A stretch of 64,000 nt of DNA from Bacteroidales bacterium (GTDB taxonomy: Bacteria; Bacteroidota; Bacteroidia; Bacteroidales; JAAYUG01), in NCBI GenBank assembly GCA_012517825.1, contig JAAYUG010000115.1, forward strand, positions 827-64,826, written 5' to 3'. A program made the translations under genes and the position numbers. The notes under the pieces were generated by a model, which saw nothing but the letters and a program-made list of their open reading frames with translations, did no database searches and was not told where the DNA came from. Below are positions 16,659-24,852 of this stretch, piece by piece (positions within the stretch are counted from its first letter, which is position 1; the number at the start of each line of letters is the position of its first letter).

Positions 16659-19600
16659 ATGAAACGTTTCTTGTTGTTTTTACTCCTGCTTCCGGGAGTT
16701 TTTATTTTTTCACTGCAGGCCCAGGATGAAGCAAGGTTACTTCGTTTTCCGGCCATTCATGGTGATCAGGTTGTTTTTTCAGCCGGAGGTGACCTCTATA
16801 CGGTAGCCCGCACGGGTGGAATAGCCCGCAAGCTGACCAGCTACGTCGGGTATGAAATGTTTCCCCGCTTTTCCCCTGACGGAAAAACGATAGCTTTTAC
16901 CGGTCAATACGACGGGAATACGGAAGTATTCGTCATACCATCCGTGGGAGGCATTCCGAAACGTCTCACCTTCACAGCAACGCTGGACCGCGATGATGTT
17001 TCCGACCGTATGGGCCCGAACAATATTGTTTTCGGGTGGACACCAGACGGAAAATATATAACCTACCGCTCCCGGAAACAATCCTTCAATTCTTTCCGAG
17101 GAGCTTTGTTCAATGTACCTGTCAACGGGGGATTATCGGAAGAATTGCCCCTGGTTAACGGCGGATTCTGCTCATGGTCTCCGGATGGCAAAAAACTTGC
17201 CCTGAACCGCGTATTCAGGGAATTTCGCACCTGGAAATATTACCAGGGAGGTATGGCCGATGATATCTGGATTTATGATACCGAAACCCACCAGATAGAA
17301 AATATCACCAACAATCCGCATCAGGACATCATTCCCATGTGGGCCGGACGGGAAATATTCTTCCTATCCGACAGGGACCGGACGATGAACCTTTTTGTAT
17401 ATAATCTTGACACAAAACAAACAACGAAAGTCACCAACTTTACCGACTATGATATTAAGTTTCCGAGCTTAGGAGGCAATTACATCGTATTTGAAAAGGG
17501 AGGCTATCTTTACACATTTGACATTAAAACCCGGAATACGGAAAAAATTCCGGTGATAATCGCCGATGATGACCTGTTTGCGAGAAATGAAATCAAAGAC
17601 GCATCGCAGAGCATCCGTACAGCGGACCTCTCACCGGACGGTGAAAGGGTTCTTTTCGGAGCACGGGGAGAAGTATTCTCCGTACCTGCTAAAAAAGGAA
17701 TTACCCGCAACCTTACGCAAACCCCCGGAGTGCATGAACGAAATCCAAACTGGTCGCCTGACGGGAAATATATTGCATGGATATCGGATGAAAGCGGAGA
17801 ATTTGAGATTTACATCCGAAGGTCAGATGGTACGGAAAAACCGGTACAGCTCACCAAAGGCGCAGATACCTATTATTTTAACATTTCCTGGTCGCCCGAC
17901 AGCAAAAAGATACTGTTCAACGACCGCAAACTCCGGCTTCGTTATGTGAATATTGATTCCCGTGAGGTAGTGCCTGTGCGGCAGGCTGTATACGGAACCA
18001 TCTATCAGTTTGCCTGGTCGCCTGACAGCCGTTATATTACCTATACCGAGCAAACAGAAAATGACAACACGGTTATCCGGATATTCGATACGCAAACCAG
18101 CAAAACCTATGATGTTACTGATAACTGGTTCAGTTCTTCCTCGCCTGAATTTTCGAACGACGGAAAATATCTTGTGTTTACCTCAGCCCGCGACTTCAAT
18201 CCAATCTATAGCCAGACCGAATGGAATCATGCCTATACCGACATGACCAGAGTGTATCTTGTGCTGCTATCGCGTGATACGCCCAATCCATTTGCCCCGA
18301 AGAATGACGAAGTAAAAATTCAGGAAACTCAGCCCTCAGCAGTTGCCAAAGAACCTGAAAAAGGGAAAGACAAAGGAAAAGGCAAAACCGAAGAAACCAG
18401 GGCTGGCGAAACAAAACCAGCTGTAACAGTCAAGATTGACTTTGACGGCATCGAAAAGCGCATCCTTTCCTTGCCGGTTGATCCCAGCAACTATGGCAAT
18501 GTATCCTGTGTCGACGGAATTGTATATTATAATGAATATGGGGAAGGAAGAAGGCAGGACGGAATGAAACTGAAGATGTACGACCTGAAGGAGCAAAAAG
18601 AAACCGAACTTGGCAATTACCGTTACACAATTTCTTCTAACAATAAGAAAATGCTTGTAGCCCAGGGTAACAAATATGCAGTTATCGACCTTCCCAAAGG
18701 ACCTATTACGTTAAAAGAAACCGTTGATTTGTCCAACATGAAGGTAATGACCGACTATGCCCGGGAATGGAAGCAGATCTTTGACGAAAGCTGGCGGCAG
18801 ATGCGGGATTTCTTTTACGTAGAAAATATGCACGGGGTTGACTGGCCAAAAATGCATGATAAATATGCGGTTCTGGTTCCTTATGTGCGCCACAGGGCTG
18901 ACCTTACTTACATCATCGGGGAAATGATCGGTGAACTGACAGTAGGACATTCCTATGTCAACAGCGGGGAAATGCCTAAACCTCCCCGCATTAAGACGGG
19001 TCTGCTGGGAGCAAAAATCAGCAAGGATGCTTCCGGTTATTTCCGGGTTGACCATATTCTGGAGGGAGCTAACTGGAGCAAAGAACTGCGCTCACCGCTT
19101 ACAGAACCGGGAAATGAAGTAAAGGAAAATGAATTTATTCTTGCCGTTGATGGAAATGACGTCAGGAATGCAAATGACCTGTACTCCTTCCTTGTCGGCA
19201 AATCAGGCACAGTTGTTGAACTAACGGTGAACAGCAAACCTTCTGCCGAAGGAAGCAGAAAAGTTCTTGTGACACCCATCGATGATGAAGCCTCATTGTA
19301 CTATTACAACTGGGTTCAGAGGAATATCAGGCTGGTGAATGAAAAAACCAACGGACAGGTGGGATATCTGCACATTCCCGATATGGGAGTTGAAGGACTG
19401 AATGAATTTGCCAAATATTTTTATCCCCAGCTTGCCAAAAAGGGTCTGATTATTGATGACCGCGGAAACGGCGGAGGAAATGTATCCCCCATGATCATAG
19501 ACCGTCTGAGCCGGCAGGTTACCCGCTCGAATATGACACGCAATGTCACCGTACCTCGCTATACACCGGGAGAAGCCTTTCTGGGCCCCAAAGTCCTTCT

Positions 19601-19961
19601 GATCGATAATTATTCCGCTTCTGACGGCGATTTGTTCCCATATGCCTTCAGGAAACATAACCTGGGTACAATCATCGGTAAACGCACCTGGGGCGGCGTG
19701 GTCGGGATTACCGGACCTCTTCCGTTTATCGACGGAGCCGACCTGCGTATTCCGCAATTTGCCTCCTATTCAGCCGAAAAAAGCGAATGGATTATTGAAG
19801 GACATGGAGTTGATCCCGATATTGAAGTGGACAATGATCCCTATAAAGAATACATGGGCGAAGACGCCCAGTTGAACAAAGCCATCGAGGTAATTCTTGA
19901 ACAGATAAAGAACTATAAGGGAATTCCCCCCATACCTCCGGCACCTGACAAAAGCAAATAG
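16659..19961 (+). CDS. Tricorn-like protease (TolB/PD40 beta-propellers + PDZ + S41 peptidase domain)
   Basis: 1100 aa with a signal peptide. LLRFPAIHGDQVVFSAGGDLYTV, repeated SPDGK propeller motifs and a C-terminal S41 core (GYLHIPDM, IDDRGNGGG, SASDGD) are present. Confidence 0.9.
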   Translation: MKRFLLFLLLLPGVFIFSLQAQDEARLLRFPAIHGDQVVFSAGGDLYTVARTGGIARKLTSYVGYEMFPRFSPDGKTIAFTGQYDGNTEVFVIPSVGGIPKRLTFTATLDRDDVSDRMGPNNIVFGWTPDGKYITYRSRKQSFNSFRGALFNVPVNGGLSEELPLVNGGFCSWSPDGKKLALNRVFREFRTWKYYQGGMADDIWIYDTETHQIENITNNPHQDIIPMWAGREIFFLSDRDRTMNLFVYNLDTKQTTKVTNFTDYDIKFPSLGGNYIVFEKGGYLYTFDIKTRNTEKIPVIIADDDLFARNEIKDASQSIRTADLSPDGERVLFGARGEVFSVPAKKGITRNLTQTPGVHERNPNWSPDGKYIAWISDESGEFEIYIRRSDGTEKPVQLTKGADTYYFNISWSPDSKKILFNDRKLRLRYVNIDSREVVPVRQAVYGTIYQFAWSPDSRYITYTEQTENDNTVIRIFDTQTSKTYDVTDNWFSSSSPEFSNDGKYLVFTSARDFNPIYSQTEWNHAYTDMTRVYLVLLSRDTPNPFAPKNDEVKIQETQPSAVAKEPEKGKDKGKGKTEETRAGETKPAVTVKIDFDGIEKRILSLPVDPSNYGNVSCVDGIVYYNEYGEGRRQDGMKLKMYDLKEQKETELGNYRYTISSNNKKMLVAQGNKYAVIDLPKGPITLKETVDLSNMKVMTDYAREWKQIFDESWRQMRDFFYVENMHGVDWPKMHDKYAVLVPYVRHRADLTYIIGEMIGELTVGHSYVNSGEMPKPPRIKTGLLGAKISKDASGYFRVDHILEGANWSKELRSPLTEPGNEVKENEFILAVDGNDVRNANDLYSFLVGKSGTVVELTVNSKPSAEGSRKVLVTPIDDEASLYYYNWVQRNIRLVNEKTNGQVGYLHIPDMGVEGLNEFAKYFYPQLAKKGLIIDDRGNGGGNVSPMIIDRLSRQVTRSNMTRNVTVPRYTPGEAFLGPKVLLIDNYSASDGDLFPYAFRKHNLGTIIGKRTWGGVVGITGPLPFIDGADLRIPQFASYSAEKSEWIIEGHGVDPDIEVDNDPYKEYMGEDAQLNKAIEVILEQIKNYKGIPPIPPAPDKSK

Positions 19962-19996
19962 AGAATAGCGTTTGCAGAACTTAGGAAGGAATCAAA

Positions 19997-20039
19997 ATCA
20001 GCCGGTTGACCAGTGCGTCAGCCGGCTGATTTATTTATT
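19997..20039 (+). terminator. Rho-independent terminator after the tricorn-like gene
   Basis: ATCAGCCGG-loop-CCGGCTGAT followed by TTATTTATT. Confidence 0.7.
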
Positions 20040-20127
20040 CCGGATTGCACATCAGGAGTGTAAACGAACCAATGTGCAGTGGACTGGCCTTTAGCGCAGT
20101 CCTCCGGCTTAACTTTCTGTAACCGAC

Positions 20128-20145
20128 TTATGTTGTACAACATAA
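20128..20145. promoter_or_regulatory. Perfect 18-bp palindrome, candidate operator of the downstream Fur-family regulator
   Basis: TTATGTTGT|ACAACATAA is a 9+9 perfect inverted repeat. It lies ~65 nt upstream of the Fur-like start and abuts a putative -33 TTTG. Confidence 0.45.
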
Positions 20146-20148
20146 TTC

Positions 20149-20184
20149 TTTGCTCTGGATTTTAACCTATTTAATTTAATTTTG
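20149..20184 (+). promoter_or_regulatory. Candidate Bacteroidota-type promoter (-33 TTTG / -7 TAATTTTG)
   Basis: TTTG lies at 20149-20152 and TAATTTTG (matching TAnnTTTG) at 20177-20184. The spacing is a few nt longer than the usual consensus spacing. Confidence 0.3.
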
Positions 20185-20211
20185 AATAATTCTTTTTTAA
20201 GAATTTTTCTT

Positions 20212-20652
20212 ATGAATATTCCGGATGTTTTAAAGAAAGCTGGCCTTAAATGCACTACACAGCGGCGCATTGTTCTGGAAGCCCTGATTCACCTGAACAA
20301 TCACCCGACAGCTGATGAATTGACCGGATATATTCATAAAACCCACCCTGAGATTGCACAAGGCACAATTTATCATATTCTTGGGGTATTTCTGGAAAAA
20401 GGCCTGGCCAGAAACGTGATGAGTGATGGGTTACCGTTGCGTTACGAGTTTGCGGTGGAAAAGCATCATCATCTTCATTTTGTTGATTCGGGAGAAATAA
20501 AAGATTATCCTGATCCTGAACTGGACCGGATACTGCTGAGCTATTTCAGGGACAAGGGAATTTCTGATTTCCGGATCGATGACATCGAAGTGCACATTAA
20601 AGGGAGGAAAAAGAACAGCGATACTATCAGAAACAAAGAAAAAAATAAGTAA
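20212..20652 (+). CDS. Fur-family transcriptional regulator (PerR-like by context), lacking CxxC motifs
   Basis: LKKAGLKCTTQRRIVLEALIHLNNHPTADEL...GTIYHILGVFLEKGL is a Fur-type winged helix, and a His-rich EKHHHLH follows. There is no Cys pair in the C-terminal half. Confidence 0.8.
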   Translation: MNIPDVLKKAGLKCTTQRRIVLEALIHLNNHPTADELTGYIHKTHPEIAQGTIYHILGVFLEKGLARNVMSDGLPLRYEFAVEKHHHLHFVDSGEIKDYPDPELDRILLSYFRDKGISDFRIDDIEVHIKGRKKNSDTIRNKEKNK

Positions 20653-20683
20653 ATTTTATTGTTTAATTTAAAACCAATGCATT

Positions 20684-21400
20684 ATGGAAAACACAGAAGT
20701 TCGTGAATTTACGCCCATGCCCAGAATAGGCGATCCGGCACCTGAATTCAAGGCAGTGACCACACAGGGTGAGATTCATTTCCCCAATGATTATAAAGGG
20801 AAATGGGTCATTCTTTTCAGTCATCCTGCTGATTTTACACCGGTATGTACATCGGAATTTATCACCTTCGCTTCCATGGAAGAGGAGTTTAAAAAACTGA
20901 ATTGCTCTCTGGTGGGGTTATCCGTTGACGGTTTATACAGCCACATTGCCTGGCTGAGGACCATCAAGGAAAAAATTGAGTACAAGGGAATGAAGAATGT
21001 GGAAGTGAATTTTCCACTGATTGAGGATATTACAATGGAAGTAGCGAAGAAATACGGAATGATTCAACCGGGGGAAAGCAATACAAAAGCAGTGCGGGCA
21101 GTATTTTTTGTCGATCCGAAAGGGATTATCCGTACCATTATATACTATCCTCTGTCCCTGGGCCGAAACTTTGATGAACTGAAACGGGTACTGATTGCTC
21201 TGCAGACAGCCGACAAATTTGGAATAGCTACACCCGCCGACTGGAGACCGGGAGACGACGTGATAGTTCCTCCTGCCGGCTCATGTGGTACAGCCAAGGA
21301 ACGTATGGAAGCAAAATCAGAGGACATGAAATGCTATGACTGGTTCTTCTGCACCAAGAAGTTACCGAAAGAAAAAGTGTTTGAATCCTTGGGTAAATAA
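20684..21400 (+). CDS. Peroxiredoxin (Prx6/1-Cys-like AhpC/TSA family)
   Basis: WVILFSHPADFTPVCTSEF and HIAWL..I are hallmark Prx motifs. Confidence 0.9.
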   Translation: MENTEVREFTPMPRIGDPAPEFKAVTTQGEIHFPNDYKGKWVILFSHPADFTPVCTSEFITFASMEEEFKKLNCSLVGLSVDGLYSHIAWLRTIKEKIEYKGMKNVEVNFPLIEDITMEVAKKYGMIQPGESNTKAVRAVFFVDPKGIIRTIIYYPLSLGRNFDELKRVLIALQTADKFGIATPADWRPGDDVIVPPAGSCGTAKERMEAKSEDMKCYDWFFCTKKLPKEKVFESLGK

Positions 21401-21454
21401 GAGTTTCCTTGTAAGATCTTATCAAACAAAAGAAAAAAGTTTTTTGCATGGTGG

Positions 21455-21488
21455 AATCCCGGTGTTTTCCCTCACCGGGATTTTTTTT
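21455..21488 (+). terminator. Rho-independent terminator after the peroxiredoxin gene
   Basis: AATCCCGGTG-TTTTCCCT-CACCGGGATT followed by TTTTTT. Confidence 0.8.
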
Positions 21489-21686
21489 AAAGTGCCTGAA
21501 AAGAGACTTCTCTTAATATTTATCCAACGCAACTTTCTCCCAAGACATACAGGCATCAAGCCATTAAATGCATAAATATACATTCTAAATAAACCTCTTG
21601 ACTTTGAAATAATGATTTCATTCATTATTTTTGTTCGTTAAAGTGCATATTTATACAATTTAACACATTAAATAAAGGAGGGAATT

Positions 21687-23318
21687 ATGTTTTACTGGCT
21701 AAAAAACATTGATTCCATCGGAACTGTCAACAGGGGAGTTCCGGGGGAATCGAGTCTGTGTACTCTATGTCTGGCTTCTTGCAAAGGAACCTGTGAAACG
21801 TGGACTTCATCCCTTGTCGGGAGGAAGCTTTTATATCCGCGCAATTTCGGCGACAGCACAGCAGGAGGAAATCATATTACCTCTCTGGGCATTGGTTATC
21901 ATGCCATTCGTATTCAGGGATATGCATACGGAGCGAGGGGGATTGCCGATAAGAATCCTGATAAGTGTTTGTTTACACACGCCAGTGTGGAAACGAGTTT
22001 CGGGAATACAGTTATAACCAAATGCAAAATGCCGGTAATGACAGGAGCTCTTGGTTCCACCTTTGTAGCGGCCAAATACTGGAATTCCTTTGCTGTAGGT
22101 GCGGCACTATGCGGTATTCCCATTGTGGTTGGTGAGAATGTAGTAGGGGTTGATAAGGCATCAGAAATTGAAAACGGAAAAATTAAGAAGGCTCCGGAAC
22201 TCGACAGAAGGATTGAAACCTACCTGAAATATTATGATGGTTACGGAGCCATTATTGTGCAGATGAACGTTGAAGACACACGGAACGGTGTTGCTGAGTA
22301 TGTTATCAACAAATACGGTGATAAAGTAATCATTGAGCTGAAGTGGGGTCAGGGGGCAAAAGACATTGGAGGTGAAATTCAGGTTGACAGCATTGAATAT
22401 GCCAAATTTCTGAAGGACCGGGGCTATCTGGTTGATCCCGATCCGTATGACCCTTCGGTTCAGGCGGCATTTGAAGCCAGGGCCATTACTTCGTTTGCCC
22501 GTCATAGCCGGTTGGGAGGCACAGATTTATCGACACCGGAAGAGGTACATGCTTCATTCATGAAGTCGGTTGACTATCTGCGGAAACTGGGTTACAAACG
22601 AATTACCCTGAAAACAGGAGCCTACGGAATGGAAGCCCTTGCCATGGCCATCCGTTTTTCGTCGGATGCCGGTCTGGATTTACTTACAGTTGACGGGGCC
22701 GGAGGTGGAACTGGTATGAGTCCATGGAATATGATGCAGCACTGGGGAATCCCTTCTCTCCCGCTTCATGCCAAGACATATGAATATTGCAAGGTTTTGG
22801 CCGACAGGGGGAAGAAGGTTCCGGACATTTCTCTGGCCGGAGGCTTTGCAAGAGAAGATCACATTTTCAAAGCGCTCGCCCTTGGTGCTCCCTTCACAAA
22901 ACTGGTTTGTATGGGAAGGGCTCCCATGATCTGCGGGTTTGTAGGTAGTAATATCGAAGGGGTCTTTAAGCCCGACAAAAGAGCAGAACTGAGCGGCCAC
23001 TGGACGGAATTACCACCTTCGGTTACTGCAATCGGAAAATATCCTGAAGAAATATTTGCCGGATGGGAAGAAGTAAAGAAAATTGTAGGAAACGAAGAAA
23101 TGAAGGTCATCCCGTATGGTGCCATAGCTATGTATACCTACATGGACAAACTTAAATGCGGTTTGCAACAATTCATGGCCGGCGCCAGAAAGTTCAGAAT
23201 TTCCGAAATTGCGCGCGATGACCTGATTGCCTCCAACAGGGAAACGGCCGAAGTAACCGGTATACCATTTATGACAGATGCGCTTGACGAACAAGCCAGG
23301 CGTATTCTTACTCATTAA
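21687..23318 (+). CDS. FMN-binding glutamate synthase family protein (GltB central-domain-like) with an N-terminal Cys cluster
   Basis: CTLCLASCKGTCE lies near the N-terminus. LTVDGAGGGTGMSP and GGFAREDHIFKALALGA are typical of the glutamate synthase FMN domain. A strong SD-like AAAGGAGGG lies upstream. Confidence 0.8.
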   Translation: MFYWLKNIDSIGTVNRGVPGESSLCTLCLASCKGTCETWTSSLVGRKLLYPRNFGDSTAGGNHITSLGIGYHAIRIQGYAYGARGIADKNPDKCLFTHASVETSFGNTVITKCKMPVMTGALGSTFVAAKYWNSFAVGAALCGIPIVVGENVVGVDKASEIENGKIKKAPELDRRIETYLKYYDGYGAIIVQMNVEDTRNGVAEYVINKYGDKVIIELKWGQGAKDIGGEIQVDSIEYAKFLKDRGYLVDPDPYDPSVQAAFEARAITSFARHSRLGGTDLSTPEEVHASFMKSVDYLRKLGYKRITLKTGAYGMEALAMAIRFSSDAGLDLLTVDGAGGGTGMSPWNMMQHWGIPSLPLHAKTYEYCKVLADRGKKVPDISLAGGFAREDHIFKALALGAPFTKLVCMGRAPMICGFVGSNIEGVFKPDKRAELSGHWTELPPSVTAIGKYPEEIFAGWEEVKKIVGNEEMKVIPYGAIAMYTYMDKLKCGLQQFMAGARKFRISEIARDDLIASNRETAEVTGIPFMTDALDEQARRILTH

Positions 23319-23351
23319 ACCTTCTGTTTTTTCATAGATCCAGTCTGCAGC

Positions 23352-23394
23352 AAAAGCGTAGAAATCAGTTTAGGATTTTTACGCTTTTTTTTTC
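23352..23394. terminator. Terminator hairpin between convergent genes
   Basis: AAAAGCGTA-loop-TACGCTTTT followed by TTTTTTT on the + strand. The A-run on the other side could serve the minus-strand gene. Confidence 0.75.
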
Positions 23395-23399
23395 TGTTT

Positions 23400-23609
23400 T
23401 CAATTCCACCATGCTCCTCTTTTCTGATAGAGTGATATGAAGCATTCGATGGAGCGGTCATAGGTCTTTTCAGCATCGGAAGGAAAATAACAGGCCGGCA
23501 GTTCGCCGTTCAGCCGGTGGTTTCTCAGGCACTCGCAGCAGATACCTTTGGAAGAGCAGGGATAGGTGCAATTGCACCATGATGCATTTCTGTTTTTGTT
23601 GCATTCCAT
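23400..23609 (-). CDS. Small Cys-rich protein (DUF6485-like by recollection)
   Basis: 69 aa with 9 Cys: [28 protein letters not shown]...LPACYFP. Confidence 0.55.
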   Translation of the reverse strand: MECNKNRNASWCNCTYPCSSKGICCECLRNHRLNGELPACYFPSDAEKTYDRSIECFISLYQKRGAWWN

Positions 23610-23619
23610 ATTCTATATG

Positions 23620-24789
23620 TTATTTTGTCAAATGGAGTTTGCGTTTTAGTTCATCGAGCATTGCTTCCTTCGGCATTAAAATGGAAATGGTTTTGGCCCT
23701 GAAATAGGGCCCGGATACCAGCAAATACCCATTAAATTTCGTTCCCCTCGTACCCCATGAGTTTTTTGTAATGTACCACACCCGGCCTGTCGAATCTTCA
23801 GCCATTCCGATTATGTGCATGGCATGGTCGTCGGTAGTTGCATACCTGTCAAATTCCTTCTGACGGAATAACTGATTTACAAAAGGTTCCTGAGAAGGAA
23901 GGGAAATTTTATCGCAGGACTCATCCTGAGCACCGGCACTTTGCCCGGCATACGCCGGAACCGGTTCTCCGGAAAGATAGGCCATCCCATTTTTCCAATC
24001 AAACCCGGGTTCTGAGATATCAGCTGCCCATGCGATCGTATAACCATATGACAGAGCATGGCGGACTGTCTGCTCCAGTTCATCCAGAGGCACATTCCAG
24101 GCACTGGCCCAGTTCCAGTTGTCGGGTACTTCAATAGGAAATTCGGAATACCAGGGATGATGAAGAAAAGAAGTTAATTCAATGTAGTGCGAAGGCTCTA
24201 TTCCGAGGCTGTCTCTGAACGCAAACGGAGTAAAGTAATGCCTCTTCCAGGAAAAATGATCAGGAACCTCCCCCAGCCAGTCATCAAGAAGTGCGCTGAA
24301 CCTGCCTTTCCATGCAGTATCGGTAAAGGCAACCTGATCATTTACCAACGTTTCCATAAAGCTTTTAACCGTTTTATCCAGCAGGGTATGGTCCTGAAGG
24401 GAACCCCCTGTCCTGCCGGCAGGATAGGCCTGTTCGGGAACAACTCCGACCGCAGGAACGGCATCCATAACATCGTTCAGAACACCTCCACCTGACAGAC
24501 TTATTGTTCCATGCATCCTGAAGTACTTTTCTGCTTTTTTTTCATACACATTCCGCACAAAGTACATTTCGGAGAGGTCGAAGGTGTCCTTCAGCTTTCT
24601 TAACAATTCCGATTCAAGAAAAGAGACAACGGAAAAACTCCAGCAGGTATTGGTTTTATACTGGTCTTTTACCGGTGTGGACGGATTAAGACAAACAACC
24701 CGGAATGGTCCAAAATGATCTGGCTTCTGGGGAAATGCACTAACGGCCGCATGCAGAATAAAGACGAGCCATAGAATTTCTTTTCTCAT
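23620..24789 (-). CDS. C1-family cysteine peptidase (aminopeptidase C / bleomycin-hydrolase-like), exported
   Basis: Signal peptide, an active-site Cys context QYKTNTCWSFS, a His context DHAMHIIG and NSWG. Confidence 0.85.
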   Translation of the reverse strand: MRKEILWLVFILHAAVSAFPQKPDHFGPFRVVCLNPSTPVKDQYKTNTCWSFSVVSFLESELLRKLKDTFDLSEMYFVRNVYEKKAEKYFRMHGTISLSGGGVLNDVMDAVPAVGVVPEQAYPAGRTGGSLQDHTLLDKTVKSFMETLVNDQVAFTDTAWKGRFSALLDDWLGEVPDHFSWKRHYFTPFAFRDSLGIEPSHYIELTSFLHHPWYSEFPIEVPDNWNWASAWNVPLDELEQTVRHALSYGYTIAWAADISEPGFDWKNGMAYLSGEPVPAYAGQSAGAQDESCDKISLPSQEPFVNQLFRQKEFDRYATTDDHAMHIIGMAEDSTGRVWYITKNSWGTRGTKFNGYLLVSGPYFRAKTISILMPKEAMLDELKRKLHLTK

Positions 24790-24852
24790 ACAGAATACTC
24801 AATAAAAAATCCATATACCCGGCATGAATCAGCAAAATACAAACATGCACTT

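Noticed and set aside
20040-20112. Possible degenerate relative of repeat C (CAATGTGC...GGCC...TTAAC) downstream of the tricorn terminator
   Set aside because: Similarity is limited to a few short words and I could not build a convincing alignment by eye. It contains only short hairpins (TGCACAT/ATGTGCA, GGACTG/CAGTCC).
21336-21625. Short ORFs (67-79 aa) in the prx / gltB-like intergenic region
   Set aside because: They span a strong rho-independent terminator and AT-rich promoter DNA. They have no motifs and implausible composition.
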